A stretch of DNA of 62,828 nucleotides, counting the filler, from Malassezia furfur (Eukaryota): assembly GCA_052055015.1 (NCBI GenBank). It is 4 parts of 4 records of this genome, joined end to end, with 100 filler letters (N's around TTAATTAATTAA, not from the genome) between each part and the next. Parts side by side here need not be neighbours in the genome. Positions count along the whole stretch, not along the records: positions 15,782 to 31,417 come from JBQJIT010000263.1; positions 31,518 to 47,142 come from JBQJIT010000264.1; 2 more parts are not named here. The stretch is one strand, 5' to 3'. A program made the translations under genes and the position numbers. A model generated the notes under the pieces. The model was given only the letters and a program-made list of their open reading frames with translations. It was not told the origin of the DNA and searched no databases. Positions 22,213 to 34,663 of this stretch are shown one piece after another (position 1 is the first letter of the stretch; the number at the start of each line of letters is the position of its first letter).

Positions 22213-22287
22213 GGTACCAAGGCGCGCACGTGGAGGCCGTCGGGGCGTTAAGCGTCCAGCGGGTCGCACCGCGTAGCGGCCGCGGCG

Positions 22288-23794
22288 ATGCACCCCGACG
22301 GCGCAGCGGGGGCCGACGGCGCCGAGGGCGCCGCGCCGGCATGGCACGGCGAGCTGCGCGTGTGCGTGTGTGATCCACGCACTGAGAAGCCTGGCGCGCA
22401 TGCCGACGGCGCGGCGGGTGCGCAGACACGCGAGACCTACGTGTCGTACGGCGTGCGCGCCGAGACGACGCTGCCCTCCTTTCGGCACGCGCGGATGCAG
22501 ACGCGGCGGCGCTTTCAGGACTTTGTCTTTTTGCACGACACGCTGGTGAAGGAGTTCCCTGCGTGCATCGTGCCGCCGCTGCCTGAGAAGCGGCGGATTG
22601 GGTACCTGATTGGCGACCGCTTCAGCGAGGCGTTTGTCCAGAAGCGCCTCGGCGAGCTGCAGCTCTTTTTGGAGCGAGTGTGCCGGCACCCGACGCTGCA
22701 GCGCGCCACGGTGCTGCGCCAGTTTCTTGCGTCGGAGGAATGGGTAGGTCTCTGCGCTGACGCAGCACATCGACATGCATACCCACACGGGGCGTCCCGT
22801 GGCGCGCGACGGCGAGGACGGTGTGCACGCGGCTGCGGCGCCGCACAGCCTGCTTGAGCAGGTGAGCGACACGGTGCTGAATGCCTTTGCGAAGGTGCGC
22901 AAGCCCGACGCACGGTTTGTCGCGATCCAGGCGGCGCTTGCGCGCGAGGACGAAGACGAGGCGCAGCTGCGGCGCGTGCTGCTGCGCAACCGCACGCACG
23001 TTTCAGGTACGTATGCGGGTCCATGGCGTGCGGCACCCTCTTCGATGCAAGAGCGAGATGACTTACGCCTGCGTGAAGTGGCTGCCTTTGACGAACTGTA
23101 CGCAACCTCCCTTGGCGCACCGACTGAAGATTTGGCGACCGACTACGACGATGTAGCGACGGCGCTCGACGAGCTCGCGGTGCTCGAGAGCGGCATGGCG
23201 CCCGCGCTGATGCACACCGCCGCGGCGCTGCGTAGCGCAGGCGCCGAGCACGCGCGCTTCACGGCGCAGTGCACCGATGCGGTGCTCACGCAGCTGCACT
23301 CGCAGCAGGCGTTTGCGCACGCGCACCAGGGCCCCCTGCGCCTGCGCGAGGGCAAGCAGCTCGACTTTGAGGGGCTCACTGACTACCTTGCGCACGAGGT
23401 GGCGGAGCGCGACCGCCTCGACGCGCTTGGGCGCGGCGCCACGCGCGGGGGCAACATCCGCGGGACGGGCGTGCGGGGCTATGTGCGCTCGACCGTGGAC
23501 AAGGTGCTGGGCGTGGACGAGGAGCAGGCGCGCATTGAGCGCCTCGAGCGCCTCGACGCGCGCATCGACGAGCTGCACGGCGCGGTGCGCGCGGCGCACG
23601 ACCAGGCGCTGGCGCTCAACGAGCACGTCCTGCAGGAGCACCGCGTCTACACGCTGGGGCGGCGGCGCGAGGTGCATGCGCTCCTGCGGCGCTACGCGCA
23701 GGGCCACGTGGACATGTACAGCGCGCAGGCCGCGCGGTGGGACGAGCTGGTGGCGGCGCTGGAGCGCGATGCGCCGGCGCCGGCACCGACGTAG
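22288..23794 (+). CDS. SNX4: Sorting nexin-4 / Atg24 (PX-BAR); intron 22744-22765 plus a probable second intron starting at 23007
   Basis: PX motifs ETYVSY, RRRFQDFVFLHDTLVKEFPACIVPPLPEK, GDRFS, RHPTLQRA. BAR motifs DTVLNAFAKVRKPDARF and REGKQLDFEGLTDYL. Confidence 0.92.
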
Positions 23795-23822
23795 GGGAAC
23801 CGTTTTGTACTACGTTCGCGAT

Positions 23823-26800
23823 CTAGGCAAAGAGGCCGCCGGTGGTGTGCACACCGACGTCGCCGCCGGTGGTGAGCAGGCGGTTCTGGAAGGCGCCCGG
23901 GCCGAGGATCGGTGCGTTCTCCTCCTCCTCGGTCTTGGCGGTGTCCTTGGCGGTGAGCTGCTCGACCTGCTTCTCGAGCGCACGGAGCTTGGCGCGCGCG
24001 TCGTACGCCTGCTGGATCTCGTACGGCTTGGTGAAGTCGTTCAGCGCGTGGCGCCAGGCGACCTCCATCACGACGTCGGGCGCGAGCAGATCGTAGCACG
24101 CAAAGAGCATCGCCGCGTAGCACTCCTTGTTGCCCGTGTCGACAAAGTACGACAGGAGCTCCTCGGCCACCTGCGGCTCGTCCGAGTGCGCGGCGGTCTC
24201 GATGGCGTCGCGGAAGAGCGCGTCGCTCTTGGACAGCGCGATGCTCTCGTCGAAGCGCCCGTTCTTGCGGTAGAGGTGCGCGGCCAGCCGGCGGAACTCG
24301 AGCAGCTCGTGGCGCTCGAGGCGCGCGGCGAGCGCGAGCGCGTCAAAGTTGTCGAAGCCGTCGATCGACGCGCGCAGCGTCTCGTAGTCCTCCTCCTCGA
24401 TGAGCAGGTCGTTGTACGCGTCGTTCACCGGCTCGAGGTTGAGGTGCTGCGTCGCGATGAGGTAGGAGCGGATCAGCGGCACATTGTCGTGGTCGCGCTT
24501 CTTGAACATGCGCACGACGCGGCCGTGGTCGATGCGCTTGCCGAGCACCGTGAGCAGGTCGTTGAGCAGCAGCGGGTGCTGCTCGAGGTAGAAGGTCAGC
24601 GCGCGGTAGTAGATCTCGACGTTGGCCACCTGCGGCAGCACCTGCTTGAACTGGTCGTGGTCCCAGGCGTCCGTGGCGTGCTCCATGATGGTGAGCGCCG
24701 CGTTGTCGAACTCGTCGTACTTCACGTAGAGGAACACGAGCTCGCGCCAGAGGTGCACCTGCGCCGCGACCTTGATGAGCTGCGGCAGGTTGCTGCGCGA
24801 CCAGTACAGCTTGAGGTGCTCCATCAGGCGCTCGGGGCGGTACTTGGCGAGCGCAATGCCCGTCTGCGTAAACACGCCCATGTGCGCGCGCTCCAGGCCG
24901 AGCGCCGCGTCGAGCAGCTGGAGCAGCTCGTCAAAGTAGCCCTGCACCTCGTACGCGCGGATCAGCGTCGGGAGGTCCTCGGCGTGCGGCACCACCGCCA
25001 GGCCGGCGATCTGCGCGAGCTTAAACTCGCGCTGGTTCAGGCACGCGGCGTGCATCTGCTTCCAGACCGACGTGTTGCCCGCCTTGCGCGCGGCCTCGAT
25101 CGCCGACTGGTAGTCGCCCAGGTACACGTAGGTCGTGGCGAGGCGCGCGTAGTTCGACACGCTGCTGAACAGCATGCGCGCCGCCTCGTACAGCCCGTCG
25201 CGGAAGCACTTTTCGCCGACGCTCAGGATGTCGGCGACGTTGGTCATGCTCAGGAACTCGTCCATGTCCGCCAAGCGGTTCGCCTTCGCGAGGCAGTACG
25301 CGTACTCGGTGTCGATGGTCGGCTCGCGCGCCTTCTTGCGCGCCATCTGCAGGAAGCGGATCAGCTCCTCCTCGCGCCCGGCGCGTTCGGCGAGCTCGAT
25401 GACCTCGGCAAAGTTGCTCGGGTCCTCGGCGCGGACGTACGAGTCGATCGCGTCCTTGATGCGCAGCCCGTCGAGCTGCGCCTTGCCGAGGCGCGACCAG
25501 AGCGCCGGCTCGTTGCGCTTCGTCGCGTACTGCTGCGCACGGTCGATCGACACGACGTGGTCCACGAGCGTGTTCATCGCGTCGAGGTGCTGCCCGGCCT
25601 TGGCGTAGATCTGGAACGCCTCCTCGTGCAGGCCGTGGTCGAGCGCAATCTTGGCGATCTCGTCGATGTCGTAGCCGTGCAGCTTGTCGATGTAGCCCAT
25701 CACCTTGTTCTTGTCCGTGCGGATCGCCGTGAGCATCAGCAGGTTCTGCAGGCTGCGGTTGTCGCTGAACGGGCTCTTCTCGAGCACGATCGGCTCAAGC
25801 ACCTTGATCAGCTCGTGCGGCAGGTCTGCGGCCATGAACGCCTTGACCGTCGCCGAGACATCGTCGGGGTTCGTCGACTCGGGCACCGCCACCGCAGTCA
25901 CCTGGTCGATCAGCGCGCGGCGGTGCACGTTGTCCTCCCGCAGCACCTTGGCCCAGAGCTCCGGGTCGCGGCGCAGCACAAGGTAGCGCGCCTGGTGCTT
26001 GTACATCGAGTTGTCGTTGGTGATCGCCACCAGCTCGTCGTCGCAGAAGCCCTTGGCGTACGCAATGTACGCCAGGTACGGGTCGCGCTTCTCGCAGTAC
26101 TTACCGACCACGCGCGGGTTGTACAGGTTGTTCTCCTTCAGGAACGCCTCGGGGTTCGCGTTGCTGTCGATCGCGATCTTGGCCATGGCGTTGTACAGCG
26201 CCTCGTCCTCGTGGCCCGCCTCGATCTGCGTGCGCAGCCACGGGAGGATGAGCTTCAGCCGGTTGCGCTTCTCCACCTCGTCCACCAGCTCGTCGACGGG
26301 GATCGGGCCGCTGACCGACGCCAGCATGTCCTTGATCACGCCCTCGTCGCAGTCCACGTCGAGCAGGCCACCGATCACCTGCGGCGTGCGCGTCGAGTTG
26401 ACCTTCTGCACGTACGTCTCGATCGCCTGGATCTGCATGTTCTGGTACAGGTACAGCACGAGGTCGTGCACGTAGTTGAAGCGGTCGCACACGATGATCA
26501 GTGGCAGCTGGTCCTGCAGCTTGGCCTCCTTGAGGAAGTTTTTGACCTTCTCGGGGTTGTACGCGTTCGACTCGCGCACGATGCGCTCCACCTCGCGGAT
26601 CTGCCCGGTGCGCGTGGCCGCCTGGATGTACTTGAAGTGCACCTCGGGGTCCTCGCTGAGGTTGACCACCGAGCCGAGGTAGTAGTACAGCCCCTCGAAC
26701 GAGCGGAACGACTCAAACATCTCGATGAGGCGCGGCGCTCCCAGCAGGTCCGAGTACTTGGTCGCGATCTGCACCACCACCTGCAGGTTCTGCCGGATGT

Positions 26801-28870
26801 TGCTGCGGAGCATCTCGCGCAGCGCCTCGAGCGACTGCTCCACGGTGAGCCGCCCAAAGTAGTCCACAAGCCACTCTTGGTTGAACAGGTTCGAGTGCAC
26901 CACCACGCGCTTGATGTCCGCCAGGTCGTCGTAGTGCTCCAGCGCACGCTGCATCAGGCCCGCCTTCTCGGCAAGGTGCGCCACACGCGCACGGTCATAG
27001 TGCGTAAACATGGCGTTGCCGAGGATCGCATCGGCCACCTGCGGCGCGTTCACGAGGTTGATCTCAAGCAGGCGCGTCTGCAGCGCACCCTGCTCGGGCT
27101 TGTTGTCCTTGAGCGCGTCCAGCAGGAACGAGGTGGCCTGCTGCACGAGGTTCTGGCTCAGGAAGATGTCCGCGACGCGCTCCACGTCCACCAGCGGGCC
27201 GTCCGCGTCGGTGACGAGGCTCGACGCAAACTCGGCGCCCTGCTCGGGGCTGCTGCGCACCACGTGGCGGAGGAGCGTCGTGTAGTCCGGCGTGTAGCCG
27301 ACCTTTTTGGCGTACAGCACAATCTTGGCGTACTGCCCGGTCTCAGCAAAGCACGCGACGACCTTGTTGGGGACGTTGGCGCGCAGGTACACGCTCAGCG
27401 CCAGGTTCATGTCGTGCTGGCGCACAATGTCGCCCAGCTCCTCGCTGCACTCGATCTTGTCCTCCTTGAGCCACTTCTCCAGGAGGTGCTTGCGTCCCTG
27501 CACCAGCACCGGCTTGGCGAGCTCAAGCGACTCGAAGCGGTTCAGCGTGCCGCTCTCGAGCAGCACGCCAAAGTACTGCAGAATCGGCGAGAGCTGCCCG
27601 GGCTGCGCAGGCACCTGCTTCAGCTGCTCGATCGTCTGCGGCGTGCGCAGGATGCCGCGCGGCGAGTTGGCCGCGACACGGATCGCGTCGTTGTACTGGC
27701 CCATGCTGAACAGCGAGTGGAACTGCTGCAGGTAGAGGTCGTCGGCGCCGGGCAGCCCGCCGCGCGACGCCAGCTTGAACGCGAGATCGGTGTTGTTCAG
27801 CGTGTGCAAAATGTACGGCACGATCGTGTTCTCGTCGACGCTCACCGACAGCACCTGGCCCTTGCGGTTCACGGCGATCAGCCCGTTGCTCGTCTTGTTC
27901 TCCGCGGCGACAAACACGGTCTCGCCCGAGACACGGTTCATGTAGATGCACGCACCCGTCTCGAGGTCGTACAGGTGGATGAAGCCGTACTTGGTGATCA
28001 AGTACACGATCCCGTACCGCCGGCTCACCTGCATCGCGACCGGGAAGTCGTTCGCCGCCTCCGCCGGGAAGAAGACGTCGACGGCCTTCTTCGCAAACAC
28101 GGGGTTCTCCGCGGCGTGGTCGATCTCGACAATGTGCAGCTTGGCGCCGGTCGCGGTGCGCACCGCAAACGTGAACAGCTTGTACGGCACGGGCGCATCC
28201 TGCGTGCGCAGCTCCGCAAACGACGCGGCATGGCCCTCGATTGGCTGCGAGACGCCGCGCTCGCGGTTGTACAGCTGCATCGAGCCGCGGATGCGGAACG
28301 CGTTCGGCGCCTCGCCCGTGTTGCTCGCAATGCCGATCAGCACCATCCACTTCTCGTCGTCGCTCGCGCGGTAGTTGATGATCTGGTGGTCGGCCAAGCT
28401 CGCGTGCCGGTCAAACATCTTTTGCGGCGGCGCGTCGCTCTCCACGTTCCAGTGGTACACGGCGGTGTCGGTGACAATGCCGAGCACCATGGGCGAGATC
28501 CAGCGCCAGAAGATGACGTCCTGGTGCATCGCGTGCGACTGCACCTTGGTCTTGGTGTCCAGGTTGAACACCTGTAGCTGGCGCTGCGACTTGAGCGCAA
28601 GGATCTTTTGCTCGGGATTCATGATCGCCGAGTCGGCACTCATTGGCCGCCGAATCCTGCACGGTGAGCTCCTGGGGCGGCGACGTACACATGCTGGATA
28701 TGGTTCAGGTCGACGATCGTGACCGAGTTGCCGCTCGCGCCGCTCTCGCGCACGCACACAAACTTTTCGGACTCGAGCGTGACGTTCGCAAACGTAATGC
28801 TCTCCGGGGCAATGCCCAGGTCCGTGAGCTGGACATGCTCCGCAAACGTGATCGGCTTGTCCGTTGCCAT
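23823..28870 (-). CDS. CHC1: Clathrin heavy chain; intron 28657-28688 (32 nt)
   Basis: N-terminus [39 protein letters not shown]; motifs [54 protein letters not shown]. Confidence 0.98.
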
Positions 28871-28974
28871 CGCACTCCCCGGATCGTAGCCGCGGCGAAG
28901 CCGCCGGGGCGCCGCCGCCGCGCCTTTCGGCCGACCCCACGTGGCCCGACCGCTCGCTGACGCGTACGACGACC

Positions 28975-30174
28975 ATGGCGGACGCGGAGCGAACGGCGGC
29001 GCTCGAGGCGTACCAGAAGGCGGTGCGCCAGCACGAAGAGCGCGCAGACGCGCTGCAGAAACGTGCGTAGCAGCTCAACTGACCCCCAGTGCGCGCAGGC
29101 ATCCGCGACTTGGAGCGCGACTACGACAAGACCGAGGACGACATCAAGGCGCTCCAATCGGTCGGCCAGATCATCGGCGAGGTGCTGCGCAAGCTCGACG
29201 ACGAGCGGTACATCGTCAAGGCCTCGTCGGGGCCGCGGTACGTCGTCGGCGTGCGCTCGACTGTGCCGCGCCACAAGCTCGAGCAGGGCGTGCGCGTGTC
29301 GCTGGACATGACGACGCTCACCATCATGCGCGTCCTGCCGCGCGAGGTCGACCCGATGGTGTACAAGATGAGCACAGAGGACCCGAGTGGCGCGTCGTTT
29401 GCGGGCATCGGCGGCCTCTCGGACCAGATCCGCGAGCTGCGCGAGGTGATTGAGCTGCCGCTCGTGAACCCCGAGCTGTTCCAGCGCGTGGGCATCAAAC
29501 CGCCCAAGGGCGTGCTGCTCTACGGGCCGCCGGGCACGGGCAAGACGCTGCTCGCGCGCGCGGTGGCGGCCACGCTCGAGACCAACTTCCTCAAGGTGGT
29601 CGCGAGCGCGATTGTGGACAAATACATCGGTGAGAGTGCCCGGCTGGTGCGCGAAATGTTTGCGTACGCCAAGAGCCAGGAGCCGTGCATCATCTTTATG
29701 GACGAGATCGACGCCATTGGCGGGCGCCGGTTCAGCGAGGGCACCAGCGCGGACCGCGAGATCCAGCGCACGCTCATGGAGCTGCTCAACCAGATGGACG
29801 GCTTCGACCAGCTCGGCAAGACCAAGGTGATCATGGCCACGAACCGGCCGGACACGCTCGACCCTGCGCTGCTGCGCCCGGGGCGCCTCGACCGCAAGAT
29901 CGAGATCCCGCTGCCGAACGAGCAGAGCCGGCTCGAGATCCTCAAGATCCACACGCGGCCGATCGCCAAGAAGGAGGAGCTGGACTACGAGGCGATCGTC
30001 AAGCTCAGCGACGGCTTCAACGGCGCCGACCTGCGCAACGTCGCGACCGAGGCGGGCATGTTTGCCATCCGCGCGGACCGCGACTACTGCATCCAGGAAG
30101 ACTTTATGAAGGCCGCACGCAAGCTGCAGGAGGCCAAGCAGCACGAGAGCAAGAGCGACTACTCGGCGGTGTGA
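28975..30174 (+). CDS. RPT4: 26S proteasome AAA-ATPase subunit Rpt4; intron 29063-29089 (27 nt, contains an in-frame TAG)
   Basis: Motifs [64 protein letters not shown]. Confidence 0.98.
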
Positions 30175-30177
30175 TCC

Positions 30178-31417
30178 CTACAGCACCCACCCCGCGGGCA
30201 CCCACGGGTCGGGGGTCATCCAAAAGTAGCGGTCAAGGAAGGTGAGGAAGCGCATGCGGTACTGGCGCGGCGTGATGATCGTGGGCTCGCCCTTGCCGCC
30301 GCCACCGAGGATCGCCGTCTCCTTGACAAAGCTCTCCACGCGTTTGTCCCATGTATAGGTGCGCAGGTAGTCGATGATGCCAATCACGAGCTCGTTGCGC
30401 TTCGCGTCGAGCACCACGATCAGCGAGTAGTCCATCACGTTCATGTCGGTCAGGAAGAGCGAGTCGTTGTACAGCGCCGCGCGCAGGATCCGCTTGGAGT
30501 ACTCGCGCACCAGGATCGGCGAGGTGCGCGACATGCGCACCAGGTTCTCGTCGAGCAGCACCTCGTACTCGCGTCCGGTTTCCTGGCGCAGCCGGTTGCG
30601 CGTGCTCCCTTTGAGGTCAAAGATCTTGTACACGTCGTGGCCGTACACCAAATTCTCCATCACCACCACGTCCAGCTTGAGGCTCTTGCCGGTGTGCGCG
30701 TTGCGGAAGCCAATGCGGAAGTAGCCAAAGATCTTGGTGAGCGTCGTGGGGCGGTCGGCCACCTTGCAGTCCGCCACGTACGCAAAGTACTGCGGCGCAA
30801 ACTTGGAGAAGCCGTCCATCTCGGCACGCGACAGCTGCTTGACCATCAGCCGGTCGTCGCGCGTCTTGAGGAACGCCGAGCCGCTCTTGCCCGCGCCCGC
30901 GTCCCACTTGTAGCACCGCGAGAGGCTCTGCACGATGGTGTCGGCGCACCCGTACATGTGGCGCAGCGCGTCAAACTGCTCCGCAAAAAAGATCTTGCAC
31001 CACATCTTGACGTTGCCCGTGTCGAACTCGTAGCCGAGGTGCGTGCCCTCGGTGGTGCGCAGCTCGTTCTCCAGGTCGCGCAAATGCTCCGCACTGGACT
31101 GCTCGTCGGCCGGCGGCACAGCGCCTTCGGCGCGCGCGCGCGCCTGCTGCGCGGCGCGCAGCTGCTCGCGGTACGCCTTGGAGTGCAGCGTAAAGGCAAT
31201 CAGCGAGCTCGGCTCGTCCTCGCGCACCACCACGCGCGAGTCGCTAAACACGTGGTCCGTACTCAAAAAGGGGTACACGAGCGGCGCCAGCTCGCCACAG
31301 TGCAGCGTCCACGCATCGCCGAGCTGCGCAAACAGCGCCGCGGTCTCCGAGGTGCGGGCGGCCATCTCGGCGGCGCTCTCGGGCGGCGCCGCCCGCGGCG
31401 CGTGCGCGTCGTCCGTG
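30178..31417 (-). CDS. FAB1: Phosphatidylinositol-3-phosphate 5-kinase Fab1/PIKfyve, C-terminal kinase domain (5'-truncated by the gap)
   Basis: Motifs VVVREDEPSSLIAFTL, FAEQFDALR, GKSGSAFLKTRDDR, FDLKGSTRNR, VMDYSL, GIIDYLRTYTWDK, PTIITPRQYRMRF. Confidence 0.96.
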
Positions 31418-31517
31418 NNNNNNNNNNNNNNNNNNNNNNNNNNNNNNNNNNNNNNNNNNNNTTAATTAATTAANNNNNNNNNNNNNNNNNNNNNNNNNNN
31501 NNNNNNNNNNNNNNNNN
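31418..31517. other. Artificial contig-joining spacer
   Basis: 44 N + TTAATTAATTAA + 44 N. Confidence 0.97.
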
Positions 31518-31600
31518 AGGCGCCGCCCGCCGACGCGCAAAACACGGCACGCTCGCGTCTGAGCTTTTTGTCTCGCAAATAGATTGGTAGAAGCTGCCAT

Positions 31601-31808
31601 CTATGCACGCTGCTGCGTCGGGAGCAGGCCGAACCGCTTCTTGATCGTGATGCGCTGGCGCGAGAACTTGTCGTCCGGCGAGAAACGCGCAGGGTGCGCG
31701 GACCGGGTCATGGTGCCCGTGGGGCTGCTCTTCTTCAGCGTGTACACGCGCTTGCCGTCCTGGGTGAGTGCAAACACGTACGGGCCCCTTGAAGTACATC
31801 AAATGCAT
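31601..31808 (-). CDS. NOP10: H/ACA snoRNP subunit Nop10; intron 31760-31781 (22 nt)
   Basis: Spliced product [61 protein letters not shown]. Confidence 0.96.
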
Positions 31809-31870
31809 GGTGGGCGACGAAAAACGGACGTGTGCTTAGTCAACATCCACACCGCCTGGCGCCTGCGACG

Positions 31871-32552
31871 ATGCGGTTGACGGCGTGGCTGCTGAGCCTC
31901 GCGGCAGGGGCCGCGGCCATCAAGTTTGAGCTGCACGCATCCAAGAACCCGACGCCGCTGTGCATCTGGAACTATGCGCTGGAAGACACGCTCGCCATCA
32001 TCTCGATCAACGTCGTGCCGCGCGACGCTCGCACCGCCGCCGACCAAAGCATCGAGGTCAAGGTCGTGGACCGCACGCACCACAACGTGTACCTCAGCAA
32101 AAAGGGGCTGACGGACGAGACGCGTCTCGCGATCAACACACACCACGACGCCGACCTCGGCGTATGCATCTCGAACCGCGGGAAACGTACGTCGCACTCA
32201 GCTCACCCAGGCGACCATCTTGTGTCCGACATCGACCTCGACGTGCACCTCGGCGGCGATGCCGTCGACTACAACGCCATCGCCAACCAGGAGTCGCTCT
32301 CGGGTATGGAGACGGAGCTCCGTAAGCTCGCGACGACCGCCGACGAAATCCTCGACGAGATGGAGTACCTCAAAACGCGCGAGCAGCGCCTCAGCTCGAC
32401 CAACAGTACGTGCGCGCGCCCCTGACCCAGACTCGACGCTCCGCCGCGTGCACGGCTTCGCGTGGTTCTCGCTGCTCGCCGTAACGGTCCTCGGCGTGTG
32501 GCAGGTGTACCACCTGCGTGGCTTCTTCAAGCGCAAATACCTCATAGACTAG
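31871..32552 (+). CDS. ERV25: p24-delta family ER-Golgi cargo receptor (Erv25/TMED10); introns 32187-32210 and 32406-32430
   Basis: Signal peptide, GOLD domain (CIWNYA), coiled coil DYNAIANQESLSGMETELRKL, TM segment and tail WQVYHLRGFFKRKYLID. Confidence 0.93.
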
Positions 32553-33877
32553 CTTTTGGACTGACTACGCCGTGCCTCGTGTTCCCGGAAAAACGCCCGG
32601 ACCGCCTCCTCATCCACGGGCTCGTGCCGCTCTGCATAGGGGCGCAGGTGCTCGTACAGCGCGTTGCGTAGCTGCTCGTACGCACGCAGCGACTCGAGCA
32701 TTTGCACGCGCGGCAGCTGTCCCAGCGCAGCGACCGCCCGGTCGTACGTCGAGCTCGTCGTCGAGACAGCATCGTCCGCCTCGGTCGGCGGCTCGTACGT
32801 CGTTTCTTCCTCGTACACGAACGGGTACTGTGCGCGCCAGGCAGCCTCGCAGTCCGCACAGCCGCACAGCCGCTGCCGGAATGCAGCATCGAGAAAGACG
32901 TCGGTTCGTGCTTGCGGGTGCAGCACACTAGGGTGGATCTCGGCTGCCGCCGTGCAAGGCGCCCGCGCACGCTTTCCGAGTGGTGCCGCATCCGAAGCGG
33001 GTGCTGCTGCGGGCGCCTCTGCTGTGGGCGCCGCTTCAGTGGCAGGCGCCGCTTCAGAGGCGGGCGCCGCGTCGGCTTCACCTGACGCGGCGCCTACACG
33101 GCCATACAGCTTCGTGCCGCTGTGTACTTCGGCCGCGACGCCGTCCCACGTATCTGGCCCATCCGGCGCCAGCAGCATCCAGTGCCGCGTGCCAGCATAG
33201 GTACGCAGCAAACGCGCGTCGGGGTGCTGGACACAAGCGTCGCATACAAGGTGCTCAAACGTGTCTGCCGAGAAAATGGGGCGGGTTCCGAGCGACGTGC
33301 ACGATTCATGGTACCACTCTTCGCACACAAGGCACTGGTACATGGTCTCCTCCTCGGTCTGTGGGTCGTACGACTTGCCGCGCTCGCAGATACAGAAGTG
33401 TCCCTGGAAATTGTGGGTATACTTGTTGTGGTTGGGCTCATCCCATCCCTTGTTGGGCTCATTTTTCCGCAGCGCACACGGCTGGGCGTCGCGCGGCCGG
33501 TCGGTGTCGGTCAGGTCGGTCCGCTCGCGGTACAGTGAGGGTGTGCCACAGTCGCACCGAAAGTCGCGCTTGTGGAACAGCTCGACGAGTTCATGCTCGC
33601 CATGGCACATGACGCTGCATGCCGCACACACGCCGCCGCCACCGCACGTCCGGCACGCGTACACCGGCTGGCGGATGGGCCCAAGGGCATGAGTGCACGT
33701 GTCGAGCTGGAAGGGGTAGGCGGCGTTCGCGTCCGCCTCGAGCTGCTCCTGCTGCTGAATCAGGTCCTGCGCCGTGAACCCAAGCTCCGGCGCGATGTTG
33801 GGCGCGGGCGCCTGCGGGTCCGGCAGCGACGGCGACGCGTCGCGCGTCGCTTCGTCCGTGCGCGCGCGTTTTGTCAT
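32549..33877 (-). CDS. UBR7: UBR7/Mlo2-type UBR-box plus PHD E3 ligase
   Basis: Motifs CTHALGPIRQPVYACRTC, CSVMCHGEHELVELFHKRDFRCDCG, YTHNFQGHFCIC, MYQCLVCEEWYHESC, LCGCADC. Confidence 0.92.
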   Translation of the reverse strand: MTKRARTDEATRDASPSLPDPQAPAPNIAPELGFTAQDLIQQQEQLEADANAAYPFQLDTCTHALGPIRQPVYACRTCGGGGVCAACSVMCHGEHELVELFHKRDFRCDCGTPSLYRERTDLTDTDRPRDAQPCALRKNEPNKGWDEPNHNKYTHNFQGHFCICERGKSYDPQTEEETMYQCLVCEEWYHESCTSLGTRPIFSADTFEHLVCDACVQHPDARLLRTYAGTRHWMLLAPDGPDTWDGVAAEVHSGTKLYGRVGAASGEADAAPASEAAPATEAAPTAEAPAAAPASDAAPLGKRARAPCTAAAEIHPSVLHPQARTDVFLDAAFRQRLCGCADCEAAWRAQYPFVYEEETTYEPPTEADDAVSTTSSTYDRAVAALGQLPRVQMLESLRAYEQLRNALYEHLRPYAERHEPVDEEAVRAFFREHEARRSQSKS

Positions 33878-33930
33878 GGCGTCAACACGAGCTCCACCCG
33901 ATCGCCCGATACTGATGGCCTGATCGCACG

Positions 33931-34659
33931 ATGTGGGGAACCACGATGCGGTGGTACGGCGCGGTGTGTGCGCTGCTGCTGTGTGCGGGCGTGTGCGCGT
34001 GGGAACACGCAGAGACAGGTACGTGACATGCTGATGCAGCCGCCAAGGATCTGCGCAAGTTGCTGGTCGACGACACGACCTTCTACGTAGCCTCGCTGGG
34101 AAGCGTCTCGCGCGACGGCGAGGTGGTGATCGGTGCCGAGTACTTTGCGCCGTGCTTCAATGCGTCGCTCACCAACAAAGTGGACGGTGCGCACGAGGGC
34201 GATCTGCTGTTCCTCGCGCTTCCCGTGTCCGAGAACTGGCGCAACGCATTGGCACCCAATGCCACGGCCTCGGTGCTGATCCACTCGAACGCGGACCCGA
34301 GCGTGGTGGATGTGCGGCACGGCATCACATCCCCCGCCGGCCGGCTGCGGTGGCCGCCCGAGCGGCCCATGTGGCGCAAGGGCATGCCGTCCAAGGCGCG
34401 CGTCAATATGCACGGCACCATGACGGTGGTGCCCAGCAAGCACGCGGCAAGCGACGAGCTCGCGGCGTGCTTCCGGCACTACCACCCCGACGCCGCCGCA
34501 TGGGCGCCAGGCTCACTATACAGCCCCCATCTGGCCAAGTGGGCGCGGTTCGCACCGACGCGCGTCTACTACGTGGGCGGCTTTGGCGACGAGCACTACA
34601 TCGGCGATATTCCGCTCGACCTGTACCGTGACGAGCCGCCCAAGCTCGTGGTCCAGTAG
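33931..34659 (+). CDS. Secreted CREG-like / pyridoxamine-oxidase-like split-barrel protein; intron 34019-34039 (21 nt); alternative start 33946
   Basis: Hydrophobic signal peptide exon (MRWYGAVCALLLCAGVCA). Motifs EYFAPC, GDLLFLALPVSENWRN, CFRHYHPDAAAWAPG, YYVGGFGDEHYIGDIPLDLY. The intron removes an in-frame TGA. Confidence 0.8.
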
Positions 34660-34663
34660 ACCG

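Noticed and set aside
23277..28577. 1766-aa plus-strand ORF, and other long antisense ORFs such as 8855-11056, 12242-14089, 38024-40927 and 60401-62557
   Set aside because: Shadow ORFs opposite well-conserved genes. Strong C/G third-position bias removes antisense stop codons, and the products have no recognisable motifs.
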